Part shown: in pieces, positions 1-10,267 of the stretch
Position numbering within the stretch: the first letter of the stretch is position 1
How the letters are laid out: every line of letters begins with the position of its first letter
Origin: a virus
Lineage: Duplodnaviria > Caudoviricetes
DNA: 64,000 nt
Virus record (IMG/VR): IMGVR_UViG_3300011008_000016
Span: 128,001 to 192,000 of that record
Direction: 5' to 3' (one strand)
Position numbers and translations under genes: made by a program
The notes under the pieces: model-generated
Databases searched by the model: none
What the model saw: only the letters and a program-made list of their open reading frames with translations
Told to the model about the DNA's origin: nothing

Positions 1-969
1 TTTCGATGAGCAGAAGTCGATAAGCTTGTTCAGATACTTCGGACGATTTCCCTGCGGAAATAATCCGTCAATCACATCGCTATGAAACTTTGCATCCGAA
101 TTCATGAATATCGGGGTACTGCAAAGGAACTGCTCGTACACAGCATCCATCATGTTGTCTGTGAAGAATGGCTTCAATATGGAGCCGTAATTATTGATGA
201 CTTCTGAAGTGGGATTGTCTCCCATCTCAACAAGAAGCTTCTTCACGTTCTTAATGAATTCGCTCTTCTTATTATCGTCATTCTTGCCACCATCAACAGA
301 TTCCGTATTGTCTTTCTTACCGGTCTTCTGAGTCTCCGGCGGAATTGTTGTGTGATGAGCAGATACATCAGGTTCAATTGTTTCTACGACAACCGGATTT
401 CCCTGTTCATCTGTAGCCTGTGATTCCTTGGCATCTTTTGCCCTAAGAACCAACTCCCGGATAACAGCGACAAGAATCGTGTTGCTCATGGCGTATCCTA
501 ATTCCTTTGAGGATGCGTCGATTCCTGCGTTCACGAAGGACTTCTCCAACTGTTTATACTCAGTAGTAGCAGACAATTTCTGGATATCCGACAAGAATGA
601 TTCATGTAGATCGTCATTGTTATCAAGATGCTCGTTCACAATGTCAAAGAACATCTCCAATCTTGTCGAAACCTTGAGTGGATTGCCGCTTGCTATTAAC
701 TCCTCGTTCTTCTTCGTATATCCCTCAACAGACGGAACAACGACATCGCAGAGCTTCCCTATGGTCATCTGGTCAAGCATCACTTTACCAAGCTTTTCGA
801 TACCATCACTAATGACGGTGGATGCCTGACCGGAAGTTCCAACTCGATTGTTGATAAAACCAACCGAGTTCTTGACCATCGCACTCGTTCCGAAATGCTT
901 CCAGAAGAAATCTGCCGTGTGATTTACTGCGTTAATAGCGTTCTTTACATCAATGATATTCTTGCTCAT
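1..969 (-). CDS. hypothetical protein, partial (runs off window start), >323 aa MSKNIIDVKNAIN...
   Basis: Manually translated open frame from ATG 969 to base 1; AAGGAGGT RBS upstream; absent from the ORF track because it is truncated. Confidence 0.8.
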   Translation of the reverse strand, partial: MSKNIIDVKNAINAVNHTADFFWKHFGTSAMVKNSVGFINNRVGTSGQASTVISDGIEKLGKVMLDQMTIGKLCDVVVPSVEGYTKKNEELIASGNPLKVSTRLEMFFDIVNEHLDNNDDLHESFLSDIQKLSATTEYKQLEKSFVNAGIDASSKELGYAMSNTILVAVIRELVLRAKDAKESQATDEQGNPVVVETIEPDVSAHHTTIPPETQKTGKKDNTESVDGGKNDDNKKSEFIKNVKKLLVEMGDNPTSEVINNYGSILKPFFTDNMMDAVYEQFLCSTPIFMNSDAKFHSDVIDGLFPQGNRPKYLNKLIDFCSSK

Positions 970-1082
970 TTCTCTACCTCCTTATTGTGAGAGAATGTGT
1001 TTTATTATACCGTGTGGAGCATAGTCTTTTTGCATCCATCGGTTGTATCTATAGTCTTAATATAGTAATAATTTTGATTCTA

Positions 1083-1114
1083 AGTGGTTAGGAATTTGAT
1101 TATTCCTAACCACT
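1083..1114 (-). terminator. intrinsic terminator-like hairpin after RNAP beta-C gene
   Basis: 13-bp inverted repeat AGTGGTTAGGAAT/ATTCCTAACCACT just past the stop at 1122. Confidence 0.65.
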
Positions 1115-1121
1115 CTACTGA

Positions 1122-3398
1122 TTAACCAGCCATGTAAAGCTCAATCTGACTCTTTAATTCATCTGCTACCTCTTCTACAAGGTCATCAAAGCTCGTCATA
1201 TTTCCAATGTAAATTTCTCCAGATTCCAACAGGTCTAATCTTGTTCTTGCTAAATCCATAGCAATAATCTTCCGCATATTCTCCGTTGTCTCCAGATACT
1301 TCTTTCCATTGTAGATATGCGTCTTTATACCCGGTTCATCGCTAAGGTCAAGAATGTCATATTCATTTGCCAATTCATATCCCATCTGTAGTAAATGAAC
1401 CTCAAGCATTTCAACGTTCTTATTTGTCATAAGACCCGTTACCGGTAAATCATAGACTCCTTCATAATTATCCTGAAGAGCACTTCCCAGAGCCATTCTT
1501 GCAATTGGTGAATTCCTCTGGAATAAGAATTCTTTCACGATATACTCAGGATTCATAAACATCAGATTGTTCTCAGTCTCCTGACGACCAAATCGGACTG
1601 GCGTGTTCGAATGACGAATAATAAATTTCTTTGCATCATCCGACTTATCTGGCAATCCATAGTTATTGATTGGACCGGTGCTACGTACAGACAAACCTTT
1701 CTTTGCAGATTGCTTCATCTTCATAACGTGCATATATCCAACATATTCTGGCTTAATTTGTTTTACCCATCTCTGAGTATCTTTCTGCCAGAAATAAATG
1801 TCATACGGTTTCAGATAATCGAATGTATCATATACTTCGTTTACACAATCCCACATAAGTTTCTTATGCCAGAACGATTCAATGTGGACGTATATACCGT
1901 AATCCTCGACATACTTAAAGTATTCCAGTTTCTCCTTCTCTGTATGACAAGTCTCGATATAGTCTTGATAAACCTTATTCTTCTGGTCTTCATTATAGAT
2001 GCCAAGAAACGTGAAGAAATCCTTTTCCTTCTCTTTGGAAGTCTTCATTGATTTCATATGGTCTCTAATCTGTCGAGCCTGAGCAGTTATTGTCTGTTCA
2101 TACAACTGGAAGATATTCAATCGACCAGGAACGCCTAAAGAGTCAAAGATGACATCTGCAACTTCTCCATTTCCAAAGTGAGGCATTTCTTTTCTTGGAC
2201 GTATCTGGGAGATAACCCCTTTATTCCCATATCGTCCAACCAATTTCTGTCCTTTCGATAATCCAACTTTCCGTTTAACAAGGAAATAGATAACGATATT
2301 AGAGAACGCCGAATTATTATCGTCTTTAATCTTATAACCGGTTGCTTCACTCTTATCAAGTAATTCCTTAGACCGTTTGTTCCAATCTTTGATAGCATTG
2401 GATACATTATATCCGGCATCAATCAACTCCTGCGTTGCGTCTCGAACTCTCTGATGGAAATCAATATCCATATCAATATACCGAAGAATCTGAGAGTTAT
2501 ACTTTGTCTCAACAAGCTCTTCCCTCGGCTTATTACAGAAGATATCAATATCCACGATGGTACCGGTATTATAAAAGTTCAAATCTGATTGCATCGTCTT
2601 CTTCATATTCGATGCTTTCATATCGAACAGTACCTGAGAAGTATTGAGCATTTTCCAGATACAGAGTTTATTATTCTTAATAGCTTCTCCTATATCTGGG
2701 AAACACTTATAATGCTCATCATCGCCATAAGCGTTTCCAAGGAAGTTATTTTCGTTAATTGTAACTTTAACCAGCTCTACCTCTGTACTCACAAAGGATT
2801 TTGCAAACGTATCCGATACAACAATTGCATCTTCAATCGTGTACATATCCAACCGATATACAAAGTTGACATTCTGTCCAAACCCATAATTGTCAAACTT
2901 ATCATATGAAGTTGGTCTGGTTAAAGTAGTTCCTTTCTTAATATGATCTCCTTCTTTGAGTTCATCTAATACATGATGGTCATACTGGAAACCATATTTC
3001 TCAGGAAGATTCTGTACGTCTTGCTTATAGATAAGATCATATTCATTTCGGTCTCTATTATAGAATATGATAACCGAGGGTTGTGTTTTGCTTGGAATAT
3101 CCAAGTCCCTGAATTTTGGAATAACTCGCCAAACATCCAGATCAGACTTCGCTGTAATGTTATAGGTCGAACGATGACCAAACATATTCTCAGAGTTTGT
3201 AAAGACATACGGAAATTCAGTATGTTCTACTACAACTCTTTGCAACTGATGATTCACATCCATAATGGTACGGGAAGAATCCATGTACGCTGGATATGTT
3301 AAAGAAGATATTCCAAGAATGGAATTATCTCCTTCCAATTGTCTCTGTTTCTCTTCCAGTTGAGGCATGAGAACAGATTTACTTGGATTTAATGCCAT
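1122..3398 (-). CDS. rpoB: phage multisubunit RNA polymerase beta subunit, C-terminal half (probably non-virion RNAP)
   Basis: RpoB motifs GQKLVGRYGNKGVIS, DSLGVPGRLNIFQ, MKMKQ..KGLSVRSTGP, RFGRQE; DSSRTIMDVNHQLQ resembles DDANRALMGSNMQRQ. Confidence 0.93.
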   Translation of the reverse strand: MALNPSKSVLMPQLEEKQRQLEGDNSILGISSLTYPAYMDSSRTIMDVNHQLQRVVVEHTEFPYVFTNSENMFGHRSTYNITAKSDLDVWRVIPKFRDLDIPSKTQPSVIIFYNRDRNEYDLIYKQDVQNLPEKYGFQYDHHVLDELKEGDHIKKGTTLTRPTSYDKFDNYGFGQNVNFVYRLDMYTIEDAIVVSDTFAKSFVSTEVELVKVTINENNFLGNAYGDDEHYKCFPDIGEAIKNNKLCIWKMLNTSQVLFDMKASNMKKTMQSDLNFYNTGTIVDIDIFCNKPREELVETKYNSQILRYIDMDIDFHQRVRDATQELIDAGYNVSNAIKDWNKRSKELLDKSEATGYKIKDDNNSAFSNIVIYFLVKRKVGLSKGQKLVGRYGNKGVISQIRPRKEMPHFGNGEVADVIFDSLGVPGRLNIFQLYEQTITAQARQIRDHMKSMKTSKEKEKDFFTFLGIYNEDQKNKVYQDYIETCHTEKEKLEYFKYVEDYGIYVHIESFWHKKLMWDCVNEVYDTFDYLKPYDIYFWQKDTQRWVKQIKPEYVGYMHVMKMKQSAKKGLSVRSTGPINNYGLPDKSDDAKKFIIRHSNTPVRFGRQETENNLMFMNPEYIVKEFLFQRNSPIARMALGSALQDNYEGVYDLPVTGLMTNKNVEMLEVHLLQMGYELANEYDILDLSDEPGIKTHIYNGKKYLETTENMRKIIAMDLARTRLDLLESGEIYIGNMTSFDDLVEEVADELKSQIELYMAG

Positions 3399-3418
3399 AA
3401 TTGCAGTCCATCCTTTCC

Positions 3419-4003
3419 TTATTGTATTTTTTCTACACTAATCTTGAATTGTTTATGGTGATAGCCGTAAACAAAAACTCCACAATGATCACAACCAACG
3501 ATATCTCGAATCACGCATTGTTTGCATAGTTCAGCATAACTCTTATCAGGAATTTCTATTCCACTACCATCAGTTGTTTTAAATTCCTCTACCTCCGTTT
3601 CTTTAATATCGTTTTTATCAGTTTCTTCTGATTCTTTCTGACGTTCCTTCTCAAGTTTGTATTCTTCACTGATTGATAACGTTCCTTGGGAAACTCCAGA
3701 TTTAGATGGTTTTCCTAACTTCAATGACGGGACTGTAACAAGTTGATTGTCCCTTAACTTTTCCGGAACTGGCATCTCAACTATGTCGTGAGGTTTGGAC
3801 TCTTCAAGAGATTTTTGAAGTGCCCATGTCTCATCGATATTTTTTGGTTCTGGTTCTTTTTTATTGTTAAGTGCATCTAATACCCTTCTGGTATTATCAC
3901 CTGATACATAACTATTTTTATTCCGTTCATCAAATTCCTTAAAATCTTCAATAGTCGTATTCTTTAGTTCCTTTCGACTATCAGAAGATATTAGTCCATT
4001 CAT
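3419..4003 (-). CDS. hypothetical protein with C-terminal CxxC...CxxC (putative Zn finger)
   Basis: AAGGAGGTG RBS; CKQC and CDHC motifs. Confidence 0.7.
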   Translation of the reverse strand: MNGLISSDSRKELKNTTIEDFKEFDERNKNSYVSGDNTRRVLDALNNKKEPEPKNIDETWALQKSLEESKPHDIVEMPVPEKLRDNQLVTVPSLKLGKPSKSGVSQGTLSISEEYKLEKERQKESEETDKNDIKETEVEEFKTTDGSGIEIPDKSYAELCKQCVIRDIVGCDHCGVFVYGYHHKQFKISVEKIQ

Positions 4004-4035
4004 AACATCACCTCCTTAGGAACTATAATATAGTC

Positions 4036-4620
4036 CTAAAAGCTTTTCTTGCCAATTAATCGTCCAAGATATTGTCTAAGAGAAGCTTCAGCCATATCAA
4101 GATTTACATCCATATCTTGAATGATCTCCTGATAATCTTCGTTCTGTTTCTTTAATGATTTAACAATAGAAGAATACTGTTCAATAAGACGTTGATTTTC
4201 TTCTATAAGGTTTTGATATGTATCTCTTTGCTCTCGAATCTTCTCGGTAACATCTGCCACATTCTTTTTCTCAGTATCAATTTTCTCTATCATTCGTCCA
4301 ATGTATTCTTTATTAAATTCTGCACCCAATCCGAGATCGATAGAATACAAAGTGATTACATTTTGTCTTACTGCATCTGCGATAATCACCCAAGTATCTT
4401 TAAGAAATACCTGAACATTCCCTTTTCCTCTATCGTCAATTTGTTTTCCTTCATAAATCATAGTCCCGTATCGTATCATTAAATTGATATCCGATACGAT
4501 ACGGGATTCATTATTGACGATGAATTGCGTGATATCTGCTATGTTATCTTTATCCCGCAGACGTTCAGCATATCTCTCTTTGGCATGTTGGGAAATCTTA
4601 TATGTGTTTTTATCGTCCAC
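4036..4620 (-). CDS. hypothetical protein, N-terminal HAxER motif (RelE/DUF4258-like fold?) plus coiled coil
   Basis: GTG start with GGGAGG RBS; ISQHAKERYAER; heptad-rich C-terminus. Confidence 0.6.
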   Translation of the reverse strand: MDDKNTYKISQHAKERYAERLRDKDNIADITQFIVNNESRIVSDINLMIRYGTMIYEGKQIDDRGKGNVQVFLKDTWVIIADAVRQNVITLYSIDLGLGAEFNKEYIGRMIEKIDTEKKNVADVTEKIREQRDTYQNLIEENQRLIEQYSSIVKSLKKQNEDYQEIIQDMDVNLDMAEASLRQYLGRLIGKKSF

Positions 4621-4646
4621 TATTGGACCTCCCTTCTCCCATGAGA

Positions 4647-5888
4647 TTAAAGTAAATCACGCATCATTTGTTTGATATCCATCTTCCTTTTTGCACTACG
4701 AATCAGATTGGAATCATCTGATGTATCAATAACCGGAATAAGTGAACGAAGTGGGTCTTTACAAGCCCTAAGAAGAGCTGATACAACTTCTGGCTTATCC
4801 CGAAGTTCGTTCATCATAATTCTTGTATCAAACTTTACATCAGGAGCAATCTCAAAGTGAGAACCCGGATTCCTACCAAGAATCAATCCCTTCTCCTTCG
4901 CAAAGTGCATCAATGTAATAATCTGGTCGAACCCAGATTCCTGTACGAACTCCATGGTTGCTTTCATGCCACCAATAGAAGTACGAGATTTCAGTATATA
5001 AGCATCTGTAAGCACACCATTCCATCCATTTACTTCCTCAGAAGAAATATCATCTTTTGAAGTATGAGGAAGCCAACCAATGATAGATGATGTAAGAAGC
5101 CTTGTCTTGTTACCACCAGACATCCGTTTTCCATTCAACATGAATGTCATTTGTTTCGGCTTTGAGAAACCTCCCGGTGCTGGCATATCATCATCCAGAT
5201 GAATGATGACGATTACGTTAATATTGTACTTATACATTGGCTCTAATGCATTTCTAAAGAAATTACCATTATAGATAGCATTACGACCACCTGCTGTCAA
5301 ACCATTGATTGTATCGATTGCTTCATTCTTCGATACGAACTTCATAATAGAGTCAATAATCATAACTGTTGGTACGTAGTATTTATACTCGTTGCCCCAA
5401 ATGTCTCTCTGTCCTGTACTATAGACATATTTATTCGGCTCGGCTGCCTTCTTTTCACCAAGTTTGATGATTTCACTAAGTACATTTTCCCATGTACAGT
5501 TATCTCGTTCAATTGAATAAGAATCTTCAATCTGCTGATTTGACCAACCCGTCAACGCCTGGACACGGTCATATGTTGCGCTTTTCTCACCATCTCGATG
5601 AATAACCGAGGATAATTCTCCAAACGGTTCTACTATGTTAGCTGCCGCTTGAATTGCCGCAGACGTCTTACCAGATGAGGTAGGACCTGTAAAAATCGTA
5701 AATGAACCTGCTGGGATTCCTTTGTGGACTTCTTCTACAATACTCCCATCAGGTAATTTTCTGATATAGATTGCACCGAGTAATTCATCCAATATAGGAA
5801 ACCCCAGTGGATAAGATACCGATACAACATTGCTTGCGAATAAGCCATCTTTTTTATTTTCTTCTCTTATCTCAGAAAGAAAGCTCAT
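4647..5888 (-). CDS. uvsX: UvsX/RecA-family recombinase
   Basis: GIPAG..TIFTGPTSSGKTS Walker A, MIIDS Walker B, SGG..RL motif. Confidence 0.88.
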   Translation of the reverse strand: MSFLSEIREENKKDGLFASNVVSVSYPLGFPILDELLGAIYIRKLPDGSIVEEVHKGIPAGSFTIFTGPTSSGKTSAAIQAAANIVEPFGELSSVIHRDGEKSATYDRVQALTGWSNQQIEDSYSIERDNCTWENVLSEIIKLGEKKAAEPNKYVYSTGQRDIWGNEYKYYVPTVMIIDSIMKFVSKNEAIDTINGLTAGGRNAIYNGNFFRNALEPMYKYNINVIVIIHLDDDMPAPGGFSKPKQMTFMLNGKRMSGGNKTRLLTSSIIGWLPHTSKDDISSEEVNGWNGVLTDAYILKSRTSIGGMKATMEFVQESGFDQIITLMHFAKEKGLILGRNPGSHFEIAPDVKFDTRIMMNELRDKPEVVSALLRACKDPLRSLIPVIDTSDDSNLIRSAKRKMDIKQMMRDLL

Positions 5889-5986
5889 TACAACTTACCT
5901 CCTTTTCGTTTTATAGTCTATATAATTGTATCTATAATTGTTATTAGTCAGAATTTCTATTATATAGAAAAAATAAAAAGGATAGA

Positions 5987-6014
5987 GAAGAGTGGTAACG
6001 TCTTACCACTCTTC
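5987..6014 (-). terminator. intrinsic terminator
   Basis: GAAGAGTGGTAA/TTACCACTCTTC stem followed by a U-rich run on the minus strand. Confidence 0.7.
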
Positions 6015-6060
6015 CCATCTAACTGTGAAGGAACAAATGAAATAATGATATTAAGCTAAA

Positions 6061-6966
6061 TTATCGGTTACCATTTCTGCGATAGTTCTTACCACCACCA
6101 GCACCGTTAAACTTCTGCGGGAAATTTACGCTGGGATTACCCTGTCGCTTATTCTTCCCATTACCATGTTGCTGCCTGTCATTCTGTCGGTTATTGTTTC
6201 CACCGTTCTTCTTTCCATTGAACGGTTTTTCCTGCGAACGATTCCGCTGCTCATTTTTCTGCGACTGAATCTTTTCGGATTCTGCCAAGTATTCTTTTGC
6301 CTCATTGATATCAACATCAACAACGCAGTTCTTGACAATCTTGTTATCTGTACGAGAAGATAACTGAATTGCACCAATTTCCGCATCGCCCTGTGTTACA
6401 TACATATATACAGGGAACTTTAGGTTTGACCAGATAGGCCATTTCACCATAGCAAAGATAATCTGATATTCTCCTGCCGTCGCAATGAATGGACGTGTAG
6501 CGAGATTTCGGTTATCAACCACCAGTCTCGTATCATCTGCCTTATCAACAATAATAAGCACCATATCCCGAGGGAATCGCTTTTTATTGTCTGATGTATC
6601 TTCAGGGGCTTCTTCAACCTTGATGGGGATGATTTCGTCTCCCCCACCCTGCATCAGAGCCACTTTAGTATCTTTCACATAAACTGCCACTTCCGTGGTC
6701 GTCCCATCGTCATCCAGAATGTTTGCCGAAACCACTGTGTCCGTCTTCTTCAACGAGTCGGTCAGTTTTCCAATACGTTCGATAGACCGCCTGATACTCG
6801 TCGAAAGAAGGGGAAGATTTGACTTAACGATATCAACCGGAATCGAAGGTGTTTCTGAATCGCTCGGAAGCCAAAACGAGATTTTCGTCTCGTCCCCGTT
6901 CCTTTCTGTCTGAATCTCAATCTTGTTAGTCTTTCTGTCCTTTGTGAAGTTCTTAATAAAGATCAT
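6061..6966 (-). CDS. hypothetical protein with N/Q/R/G-rich disordered C-tail
   Basis: 301-aa ORF with RBS; tail NGGNNNRQNDRQQHGNGKNKRQG...GGGKNYRRNGNR. Confidence 0.8.
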   Translation of the reverse strand: MIFIKNFTKDRKTNKIEIQTERNGDETKISFWLPSDSETPSIPVDIVKSNLPLLSTSIRRSIERIGKLTDSLKKTDTVVSANILDDDGTTTEVAVYVKDTKVALMQGGGDEIIPIKVEEAPEDTSDNKKRFPRDMVLIIVDKADDTRLVVDNRNLATRPFIATAGEYQIIFAMVKWPIWSNLKFPVYMYVTQGDAEIGAIQLSSRTDNKIVKNCVVDVDINEAKEYLAESEKIQSQKNEQRNRSQEKPFNGKKNGGNNNRQNDRQQHGNGKNKRQGNPSVNFPQKFNGAGGGKNYRRNGNR

Positions 6967-7052
6967 TTGTAATCTCCCTTCTTGTAACTGTAATATGTTC
7001 TATTCGCGTTAATTCGTGAATTAATTTCCTGTTATATCCCATATAAAAATAA

Positions 7053-7083
7053 ATATGGGGATAGCCGAAACCATCCCCATATA
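7053..7083 (-). terminator. intrinsic terminator
   Basis: ATATGGGGAT/ATCCCCATAT stem with a U tract on the minus strand. Confidence 0.7.
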
Positions 7084-7102
7084 TCTGGGCACATAGAAAT
7101 CA

Positions 7103-8275
7103 TTACGCCAGATGAGACATAATCTCCCTGTCATCCATGGCAACCAGAAGACCCTTACGAACATTCTCGAATTTAGACGCATCTTCTGCGTTGAAGATTG
7201 TCGGTTCTCCATCATGTTCTTTCTTCCAGTTTCCGACAAACTTGAAGACATACGCAATCTTATCAATATCCTGCGTATCCAGCTTAGAGTAGAGCATCTT
7301 AACAAAATCCTGATAAACCCTCTTTAGAACTTCACCGTCTAAATCCTTTTCCTCTTTCGGATGGGATACCAGATACTTCCCGATAACCTTCACGCCGGTA
7401 TTATTCTTACCGAAGAACTCATCATACAACATGCCCTGAACTTCCCAGTTCAAGACATCCATATTATCTTCAGCATGAACCAGCATCTTATCGAGGAACC
7501 TCGGATAAAACGCATCGATGTTCGCTGCATTCCATTCGCTACCAACCATCGGGATTGCGATCGCCAAGTCCAATACAAGGTCACGAGTTACCCCTGTCTT
7601 GGAGCTAATATCTGTAATTTCGGCGTTCCACATCCTCGGAAGAATCTCAGTCGCATACAGCCTTACGACATCCCCATGCATCCGGTTATAATTCGTTTCG
7701 AGAGCCGTTGACAGTAAGAATCCAATGGAACGCCAAATCTTTCCATACGTTCCTTCATCATCCACCCAGAAGTTTCCTTCCAAAACCTTCTTCAACGTCT
7801 TAGAGAAATAAGACGTTGTTGAAAGCTTTACAAGCTTATTTGCCGCATCATTGAACTGCGGCGAATTTTTCTGGCTATAATAAGCCCGGATATGCCGAAC
7901 AGCATCAGGGAACCGATCAATCATGATGTCCTGAAGGGCCCTGAAGTTATCCGTATTGTCACTAAACTCATCAACGAAATCAAAGATAGCCTTTGCCCGA
8001 GGGTCATTCTTGACTTCCTTCTGGGGCTGCGGATTCCTGTCGATACCATCATCGTTTTCCATCTCAGCACGCATCTCATCGGTCAGATATGAACTTCCGA
8101 TATAGTTATATGCTGAGGTGCTATAATTCCTCTGCTGATTGTCATTCTTGTTGCTCCAACGATTCTGACTCCCGTCGTTATCGTTTCGGTTATTATTCCT
8201 ACGCTCACGACGGTTTCCACCGTTGTTGTTTACCCGTTCTCCTGCGAGAACTACTTTACCATCCAATAAACTCAT
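7103..8275 (-). CDS. hypothetical helical protein with N/R-rich disordered N-terminus
   Basis: 390-aa ORF, AGGAGGT RBS; NNNGGNRRERRNNNRNDND. Confidence 0.8.
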   Translation of the reverse strand: MSLLDGKVVLAGERVNNNGGNRRERRNNNRNDNDGSQNRWSNKNDNQQRNYSTSAYNYIGSSYLTDEMRAEMENDDGIDRNPQPQKEVKNDPRAKAIFDFVDEFSDNTDNFRALQDIMIDRFPDAVRHIRAYYSQKNSPQFNDAANKLVKLSTTSYFSKTLKKVLEGNFWVDDEGTYGKIWRSIGFLLSTALETNYNRMHGDVVRLYATEILPRMWNAEITDISSKTGVTRDLVLDLAIAIPMVGSEWNAANIDAFYPRFLDKMLVHAEDNMDVLNWEVQGMLYDEFFGKNNTGVKVIGKYLVSHPKEEKDLDGEVLKRVYQDFVKMLYSKLDTQDIDKIAYVFKFVGNWKKEHDGEPTIFNAEDASKFENVRKGLLVAMDDREIMSHLA

Positions 8276-8319
8276 CTTGTACCTCCTAACTGTAAGATAA
8301 CATTGTGTGATTTATAAGT

Positions 8320-8352
8320 AAGACAAGGTGACATGAAAATCACCTTGTCTTC
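8320..8352 (-). terminator. terminator-like hairpin after tubulin gene
   Basis: AGACAAGGTGA/TCACCTTGTCT inverted repeat. Confidence 0.65.
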
Positions 8353-8387
8353 TTACCATTGTAATATATTCTTCAACCCAGGGTTAC

Positions 8388-9671
8388 TTATACAGATGCA
8401 GCACCCTTCTTTTCCATGAACTTCTTCAAAAGCTCCTCTTTCGTAGAACCACCATTGTCGGAAGCCTTTACCAGACTGGACTCATCCGCAAATGACTGTT
8501 TCGCCTTAACATCACGAAGCCTGGATGCGGTATCCAATTTACTCAGCTTTGACTTTGCCGCTTTCCGACCAAGAATCGCCTCTTCCATTTTCTGGCTCTG
8601 TGCAATGATTCTATCAATAACCATTGCGGGTTCAGTTAATCCAGAAAGAATCAATGCAACGATTCCGTTATCATCATCGGAAGGGTTCGACATATCTTTG
8701 ATATGAGAACCAAAGATTTCCTGAACGTCACTCTTTACGTTAATCTTAACATCATTGAACTCATCGCCGAGACTGTACATCAATGCAGAGGCTGTAATCT
8801 CTTTATCAGAAACCAGTTCCGCGTGACCAGAGTTCTCGTCGATGTCTTCTTTCACGGTCTTGATGAGAGAGTTATCAATGATATCCGCAATCTCCAAGTC
8901 TTCCATAGTGTGAACGAAAATCCTGCCGGGTACAGACAGCACGGTCAACATATCCCGCTGGTCCATTCCGCCGGTTCTGGTAGGATAGATGAAATCACCC
9001 TGAATCGCCCTGAGGTCTTCGACAAATGCCTGATTAATCATAGCGGCTGCACGGTTCGGAGTAACCTTTCCTGAAGGAGTCGTTTTTCCAACATAACGAT
9101 TATTATCATAAATCATATATGTCGGATTCAACTCACCAATTTCCTTGAGCCATGCTTTTGTCCCTTCAAACGCTGCCGCGCCCTCATCGTTGAACGGAAG
9201 TACTCCTGCAACGATAGTAACCTTGCTGGGATACATTGTCTGAAGCAATTCAAGCAGTTCCGTAGAAGATCCAGAGCCATAACCACCACCGGTGGATGTT
9301 GTAAGAACAATCACATCGTTACCCTCGATGATGTTCTGGAAATTCTTGTTCAGGGTGAGTCCAGTGTTACTAAGGAAGAATTCCTTTGCCTTAGCCCTGT
9401 CCTTACCTGTACCCTTTCCGTCACCAACTGGGAATTTCACAACCTTCGGGCACGTAATCTGATCCAGATCCCTCTGGCTACCATTGATTGCAATCGCATC
9501 AATTCCCAATGCCTCAGCCGCAGCAGAAGCCATCATACATCCACAGTTGCCGGTACCAATGACGGCAATCGAAAGAAGTTTCTCCTCATCTGCAATCGTA
9601 GGAATCGCTGTAGAAACGCCGTCCACAGATTCCTCATCACCTGTTGTAATGTTCGTTGTTACTTCACTCAT
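8388..9671 (-). CDS. tubulin/FtsZ-family GTPase (PhuZ/TubZ-like)
   Basis: IAVIGTGNCG, GKGTGKD, signature STGGGYGSG, LPF..EG, YDN, T7-loop-like GMDQRDMLTVL. Confidence 0.92.
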   Translation of the reverse strand: MSEVTTNITTGDEESVDGVSTAIPTIADEEKLLSIAVIGTGNCGCMMASAAAEALGIDAIAINGSQRDLDQITCPKVVKFPVGDGKGTGKDRAKAKEFFLSNTGLTLNKNFQNIIEGNDVIVLTTSTGGGYGSGSSTELLELLQTMYPSKVTIVAGVLPFNDEGAAAFEGTKAWLKEIGELNPTYMIYDNNRYVGKTTPSGKVTPNRAAAMINQAFVEDLRAIQGDFIYPTRTGGMDQRDMLTVLSVPGRIFVHTMEDLEIADIIDNSLIKTVKEDIDENSGHAELVSDKEITASALMYSLGDEFNDVKINVKSDVQEIFGSHIKDMSNPSDDDNGIVALILSGLTEPAMVIDRIIAQSQKMEEAILGRKAAKSKLSKLDTASRLRDVKAKQSFADESSLVKASDNGGSTKEELLKKFMEKKGAASV

Positions 9672-9689
9672 GTTCTTTACCTCCTTTTG

Positions 9690-9945
9690 GTAATCTGTTG
9701 TATGTTTTTCTGACAGTATTGTCAGAAATACTCATAACTGGATTTGCACCAGTTCACATAAGTGTTTACCTTATTGTGAATAATCTACCACTATTATGAG
9801 TTAATACCGTATATTCTACAAACAGAATTGCTGGGAGCATAGAAATCACTCCCAGCAAGCCATTTGTTATACGGGTAATGAAGCCCGTGTATGATGACCC
9901 AACTGTAGCCCGTATATTTATAATAAACATACATACAGAAAGGAG
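9690..9945 (-). promoter_or_regulatory. highly structured ~250-nt 5' leader of tubulin gene
   Basis: At least 6 inverted repeats inside a closing TGTATGTTT/AAACATACA stem, between TATATTA (9988-9994) and the RBS. Confidence 0.55.
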
Positions 9946-10066
9946 TTTCACACAATGTTTGTCATCACGGTTTCTTCATCAAGAGAATAATATAGTAACA
10001 AAAAAGATTATGAGAGTGGGGACATCCGTGTCTCACACCACTCTCAATGTTATGGACAAGGTAGGA

Positions 10067-10252
10067 TTACTCTTCTGAACGATCATACCCTACCATTGTC
10101 GGCCCCTGGTTTGCTTCCGGGATAGATTCAATACCGGCAACTTCCATCGTTGCAGCCAGTCCCGGGAGAACTCCGCTGTTTGCCAGATTCTGCAACACTT
10201 CCTGATTCTTGTTATTATTTCCGTACTGATTGATACTTAACGTGGCACTCAT
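10067..10252 (-). CDS. small hypothetical protein
   Basis: AAAGGAGGT RBS; operonic. Confidence 0.7.
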   Translation of the reverse strand: MSATLSINQYGNNNKNQEVLQNLANSGVLPGLAATMEVAGIESIPEANQGPTMVGYDRSEE

Positions 10253-10267
10253 TTCATACTACCTCCT

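Noticed and set aside
9690-9945. tubC-like centromere upstream of the tubulin gene
   Set aside because: Inverted repeats only; no direct-repeat iterons and no recognisable TubR
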